Shown: one piece after another, positions 25,681 to 29,784 of the stretch | Layout of the letters: every line of letters starts with the position of its first letter | Numbering within the stretch: the stretch's first letter is position 1 | NCBI GenBank assembly: GCA_037139275.1 | Contig: JBAXGS010000001.1 | Coordinates: forward strand, 1 to 29,784 | Direction of reading: 5' to 3' | Length of the DNA stretch: 29,784 nucleotides | Source: a bacterium | Lineage (GTDB): Bacteria; Babelota; Babeliae; Babelales; JAUPTZ01 | The notes under the pieces: model-generated | Databases searched by the model: none | What the model was told of the DNA's origin: nothing | The model's input: only the letters and a program-made list of their open reading frames with translations | Position numbers and translations under genes: made by a program

Positions 25681-27302
25681 TCTGATTCCTCACGCACGGT
25701 AAATCGAGCCACAAAGCTCACTCCTTTTTCAGGCAGTTGTGTTGGATCTATTTCCTCAGTAAGCATTAATGTTTTACTGGTGCTTATATCGGTGGCGAGC
25801 TCACTAAAATGTTTAAAGTCAGCTTTTCCTGGGCTTGTTTTTGAGCGGAAGACACCTTTTACTTCAATAGGGTTTTGTTGTGGAGAATCGCCGCCAATAT
25901 GAATATGCTCAATATCAATATCAAATTTTTTCTTATTAAACAAAGCGGTTAACTCTTGGAGGATTTCAAGAGGTCGCAGTCGCTGTGCGGCAAAGGTCGA
26001 CCATATTTCTTCTTGTTCTTGAATATGAGTTTCTACCTCTTTTGCAAGAGCTTTTAAATTACGTTTTTTGGCGCCTGGTGAATCGGAAGGCAGGGCGCTG
26101 CGTAGGCGTTTCATCTCTTTATTTTCTAGTGTCATAATGAGATCCATTTCTTCTTGTATCTGGAAATATATATGGGCACCAAGAAGCGCGCAGATACAGA
26201 AGATAATGCTGCCTGCGGTAATCAGATTACGGGTAATATAGGGAAGGGGAGAAATTTCTAATTCTTTGCGTCTCAGGGTGAAGGATTCAAATAATGGTTT
26301 CAAGAGTGCGGCACCAAGAACTCTGCTGTAGGTTTGCCAAGTTTGTGGAGGCAGAGTGACGGTTGATTGTATGGCTGGATTACTCATAATTTGCTCAGTT
26401 GCAAGCGTTTCACATGGGATATGAATTGATTTGACCGCATATTGTTCAAACTTTTCATACACCTCAGGCGAGCTGATACAAAATAATTTTTCTATATCGC
26501 CTCCTTTTACTTGCTTAATTTCAAATGAATTAAGCGTAAATGCGATCTCAGCAAATAATTTTGCGAGATGATCAGTGGTATCGATTGATACTTCAATTTC
26601 ATCAGTATGCTTGAGAGGTGTGTCGCTTCCTTTGGTAAGCGTTCGTGTGGCAACCATAACTTGGTTATTAATGAGAATCATACGTGTTGATTGCGGCCCA
26701 ATATCAATAAGCGCATACGCGTGTTTGAGTTTGTTATAGGCAGGAAGTTGATTGAATAATGAGAGCGAGCTGAACAGGTCAAGAGTAATAGAGTGTGCCT
26801 GAATATCAGCTTTAGCGAGTTGATCAAGAACTCTTTTTACTTCTTCTTTTTGTGCCGCAACAACCAGAATGGTTGACGATTCTTTGACTTCACTTTGGCT
26901 TATGATGATAAAGTCGATCAGTGCATTATCCAGTTTAAAAGGGATGATTGCTTCGATTTCATATTCGATAACCATTCTAATTTTTTCTGCATCGAGAAAT
27001 GGAAGCGTGAGTTCTTTAATAACTACTTTTGATGAAGGGAACGTGACAATGACTTCTGCATTCTTTTCAATTTTAGGGGCTATTTTTTTCAAGGTAGCGG
27101 TGAGCCGCTGGGTGTAGGTGCGATTATCCCCAGGATTGATTTGATATTCTTCAAGACTCGTAATTATTGATGTTGAGCGTGTGTCTTTAATGTGGGCAAC
27201 TTGGACCATTGTTTGCTCAATATGAATAGCGACTTTTTGCAGAGCGAAAAGGGGTTTGCCTTTGAGGTGAGATGGGAAGAATAATGAGCGAAGAACTGTC
27301 AT
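25677..27302 (-). CDS. GspL-like (PilM-PilN-type fusion) assembly-platform protein
   Basis: Actin-like cytoplasmic motifs (VTFPSSKVVIKELTLPF, IEYEIEAIIPF, LIDIGPQST), one TM (LITAGSIIFCICALLGAHIYF), periplasmic PilN-like end. ATGA overlaps at both ends. Confidence 0.75.
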   Translation of the reverse strand: MTVLRSLFFPSHLKGKPLFALQKVAIHIEQTMVQVAHIKDTRSTSIITSLEEYQINPGDNRTYTQRLTATLKKIAPKIEKNAEVIVTFPSSKVVIKELTLPFLDAEKIRMVIEYEIEAIIPFKLDNALIDFIIISQSEVKESSTILVVAAQKEEVKRVLDQLAKADIQAHSITLDLFSSLSLFNQLPAYNKLKHAYALIDIGPQSTRMILINNQVMVATRTLTKGSDTPLKHTDEIEVSIDTTDHLAKLFAEIAFTLNSFEIKQVKGGDIEKLFCISSPEVYEKFEQYAVKSIHIPCETLATEQIMSNPAIQSTVTLPPQTWQTYSRVLGAALLKPLFESFTLRRKELEISPLPYITRNLITAGSIIFCICALLGAHIYFQIQEEMDLIMTLENKEMKRLRSALPSDSPGAKKRNLKALAKEVETHIQEQEEIWSTFAAQRLRPLEILQELTALFNKKKFDIDIEHIHIGGDSPQQNPIEVKGVFRSKTSPGKADFKHFSELATDISTSKTLMLTEEIDPTQLPEKGVSFVARFTVREESE

Positions 27303-29784
27303 GATTGAGGACCTCCCAGCAGTGTTTGCAGCCCACTTGGTTTCCGCTGAGTAAGTGGCAATGGCGATGGTAACACTGGGTTTTGAGTTGAAGCTAATAA
27401 ATTTTTAATACCTTGTCGTCGTGACATCATAAATGTCGGCTCAGTTTCTGGAGTGAGTGTAACTTCTGTTGCTGGCTCAGCTGGAGGGAGTGGGGCTGAT
27501 TGAATGGGTGCTATTTCTGCAACAGGCTGCTCCGGTTTTTTTGTTTCAATGCCACCACTTAATAAATTGGGTAGAGAATTTTGTGAAAGCAGTGCACGCA
27601 AACGCGATCGATTTTCTGCAATTGAAGATTCAAGATCAAAGCTTGTGTCATTTGATTGCCCAAGAGTTTGGGTGATGTGAGCGTCGTCTGCCGGAGTACT
27701 TTGCTCTAAGACAACATTTTCAGGCTCTGTGCGTTCTGTTGCTGCAGGAGGAAGCAGCTCTTGGGAGGAAGTTTTTTCTGGCCCACTGCCATCTGCAAAA
27801 TAAGCGGATGCGGTCTCAGAAGTTTTTTTAACTGTTTTTTTGTCTGTCATTACGGGCAGCTTCTTTGTTTTGGTGCGGGCTGCTTTTATCGCCTCATTGC
27901 GCATGTAGGCGTCTGGTGATGAAGGGGTATCATCTACATGCAATACTTGTGTGTTTTTACTGCTGTCTACCGTAGTTGTCCGATAGTACGGGTCAAAACG
28001 AATATCAACGTTATTTGGCTGATATCGTGCATTGGCAAAATCGATAACTTTATGAGAGTAGTTTTCATTGCTCGAATTAAAAATGAAATTATGAATAGGG
28101 TCGTTGCTTTTGGTGGTTTGAATAGTCTCTTCAACTTCTTTTGCTGCTGCATGGAGGTTTATTTTGCTATACATACCAATTCCTGGAGTAGTACGCGGCT
28201 TGAGAATGGTGGGGCATAAAAATAAGAAGACATATTCCTTTTCAATATTTCGGGCTAGGTTTTTGGCAAGCCATCCTAAAATAGGAATAGAACCCCAGAA
28301 TGGTGTTTGTCCGCCAGAGTCAGTGACTTTTGTTTTAATAAACCCACCAATTGCAAGAACTTGTCCGTTAGCGACACTCACTGTGGTATCTAAATATTTT
28401 TGCTGAGTACTCAGACCATTAGAGTCGGGTACAAATTCTGTAATATCAGCTGATATTTTTAAACGAATAATTCCGTCGGTGTTTACTTGTGGCGTAAAAG
28501 TAATGGTGGTATTTGCAACCGCTTTTGTTTGACTCGTTAATTTAGTGTCTACTGTTCCGCCTGTTTCTTGATCGGTAATCCAAGTTGCTTCCCCTACGAG
28601 TATTTTTGATTCAGTGCAGTTTGCTGCTACTGCAAATGGCTGTGAAAGTACCGAGGCATCGGTTTCTGTTTTAAGTGCTTTTAAAATGCCCCAAATTCCT
28701 TCTCCGCCTACAAGTTTACCAATGCTCAGCATCGATGACCCTCGTTCTATTACAAGCGATTGAAGTAGGTTTCCTAGCAAACTCTTGCTGTTGCCGCCGC
28801 CATCAGTTTCAAACACTGTTTGGCCGAGTGGGGCTGTTTGGAAATCAATTTTTCCTCCAAGAAGTCCATGTGTATTGTTGCGCATTTGACCACCCAATTC
28901 ATTCACTGACTTTGCACTAATGGCCACAATAAGCATTTGCATAGCAACTTGTGGTTGAGCGGTATCAAGCTTTTGAATGGTCTCTTTTAGTAGTTGCCAG
29001 TCATTTTCATCTGTGCAAGATACGAGTAAGCGATTACTTTCCTTATCTGCTTGGAATGTCATGTTTTTAAAATATTTTACGCCATCTCTGATGGCACCAT
29101 ATTTAGCCGCTTGTTGGCCTGCAGCAGATGAATTAGACGAGTTTGTCACTTCTCTGAGAATGGTTACAATTTCTGTTGCTGAGGCATTTTGTAATTCATA
29201 AATACGAAGAGGGGATTGTGCTTGCTTTAGCTCTGTGTCTACATGCTCAACGATAAATGTTTTTATTTTTTCTAATGCTTGTCGCTGTCCCATCATGATG
29301 AGTGCATTAGTTCTGTCTTCAGCAATAAGCTTAGTGCCTGGAGTAAAATAGTCACTCGAGTCTTCTGGTTTTCCTAAGTACTTTGCCAAAGGATTGCTAT
29401 CTGATTTTTTAGTGAGGTTATCAAATAATGTTTTAACATTCCCTTGATTGTCCCACCAATAGCTATTTGTTAAAATGCTAAACATTTCATCATTATTGTC
29501 GTTATTTTGGTCTAGAAAAACTGTCAATGATTTGTCGTTTATTATTCTACCAGTGCCATTAGAACTTGTCATTCTCATCGTATGTGACTCATCAAACAAA
29601 TCAAATTCTCCATTTGGTGTAAATTTAAATTGTGGTCTAAATCCAGTATTAACTTCATTGTTGCTTTGAGCATTAAATGTTTGTATTTGCAATGTGCCGT
29701 CATAAGCACCAGAAATAATGCTTCCACCGTGTTGTGGTCCTGATAGTTTATAAAAAGTTGAAGCCCCTTCTGGATTGTATCTTG
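27299..29784 (-). CDS. gspD: Second secretin (GspD-like) with a long low-complexity C-tail; 5'-truncated by window edge
   Basis: The frame stays open from the TTG at 29692 to the window end (..RYNPEGASTFYKLSGPQHGGSIISGAYDGT-LQIQ), so the true start is upstream. Motifs LRIYELQNASA, QPQVAMQMLIV, VLAIGGFI, PFWGSIPILGWL, FLFLCPTIL. Confidence 0.88.
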   Translation of the reverse strand, partial: RYNPEGASTFYKLSGPQHGGSIISGAYDGTLQIQTFNAQSNNEVNTGFRPQFKFTPNGEFDLFDESHTMRMTSSNGTGRIINDKSLTVFLDQNNDNNDEMFSILTNSYWWDNQGNVKTLFDNLTKKSDSNPLAKYLGKPEDSSDYFTPGTKLIAEDRTNALIMMGQRQALEKIKTFIVEHVDTELKQAQSPLRIYELQNASATEIVTILREVTNSSNSSAAGQQAAKYGAIRDGVKYFKNMTFQADKESNRLLVSCTDENDWQLLKETIQKLDTAQPQVAMQMLIVAISAKSVNELGGQMRNNTHGLLGGKIDFQTAPLGQTVFETDGGGNSKSLLGNLLQSLVIERGSSMLSIGKLVGGEGIWGILKALKTETDASVLSQPFAVAANCTESKILVGEATWITDQETGGTVDTKLTSQTKAVANTTITFTPQVNTDGIIRLKISADITEFVPDSNGLSTQQKYLDTTVSVANGQVLAIGGFIKTKVTDSGGQTPFWGSIPILGWLAKNLARNIEKEYVFLFLCPTILKPRTTPGIGMYSKINLHAAAKEVEETIQTTKSNDPIHNFIFNSSNENYSHKVIDFANARYQPNNVDIRFDPYYRTTTVDSSKNTQVLHVDDTPSSPDAYMRNEAIKAARTKTKKLPVMTDKKTVKKTSETASAYFADGSGPEKTSSQELLPPAATERTEPENVVLEQSTPADDAHITQTLGQSNDTSFDLESSIAENRSRLRALLSQNSLPNLLSGGIETKKPEQPVAEIAPIQSAPLPPAEPATEVTLTPETEPTFMMSRRQGIKNLLASTQNPVLPSPLPLTQRKPSGLQTLLGGPQS

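Noticed and set aside
29692-29692. TTG at 29692 as the start of the upstream secretin
   Set aside because: The frame remains open to the window edge, and no signal peptide or N0 domain follows this codon.

Overview
A chromosomal window that appears to contain the replication origin of a bacterium. By overall gene content and protein style I infer a Candidatus Dependentiae/Babelota (TM6)-like, probably host-associated organism; this is not database-checked. An oriC-like region (17262-17570) has nine DnaA boxes in two inverted, helically phased arrays, DnaA-trios and an AT-rich tract, and it lies between nusA and a family-4 uracil-DNA glycosylase with no dnaA in the window. Housekeeping genes are infB, nusA, an FeS-cluster-less mutY-like glycosylase, trhO, udg and a short comEC. 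Accessory content includes a 1819-aa exported Trp-repeat protein divergent from a probable outer-membrane barrel, a ~200-bp MITE-like element, two tandem mosaic membrane-protein paralogues, a clostripain-family protease, and a T2SS-like operon with two secretins (D-L-M-D). The most striking unexplained feature is a bicistronic module present twice, once on each side of the origin: promoter, then a signal-peptide-less ABC substrate-binding-fold protein, a 3-nt gap, a 58-60 aa signal-peptide-bearing microprotein with a shared mature motif, and a terminator. One of the two microproteins (7540-7716) is absent from the supplied ORF track.
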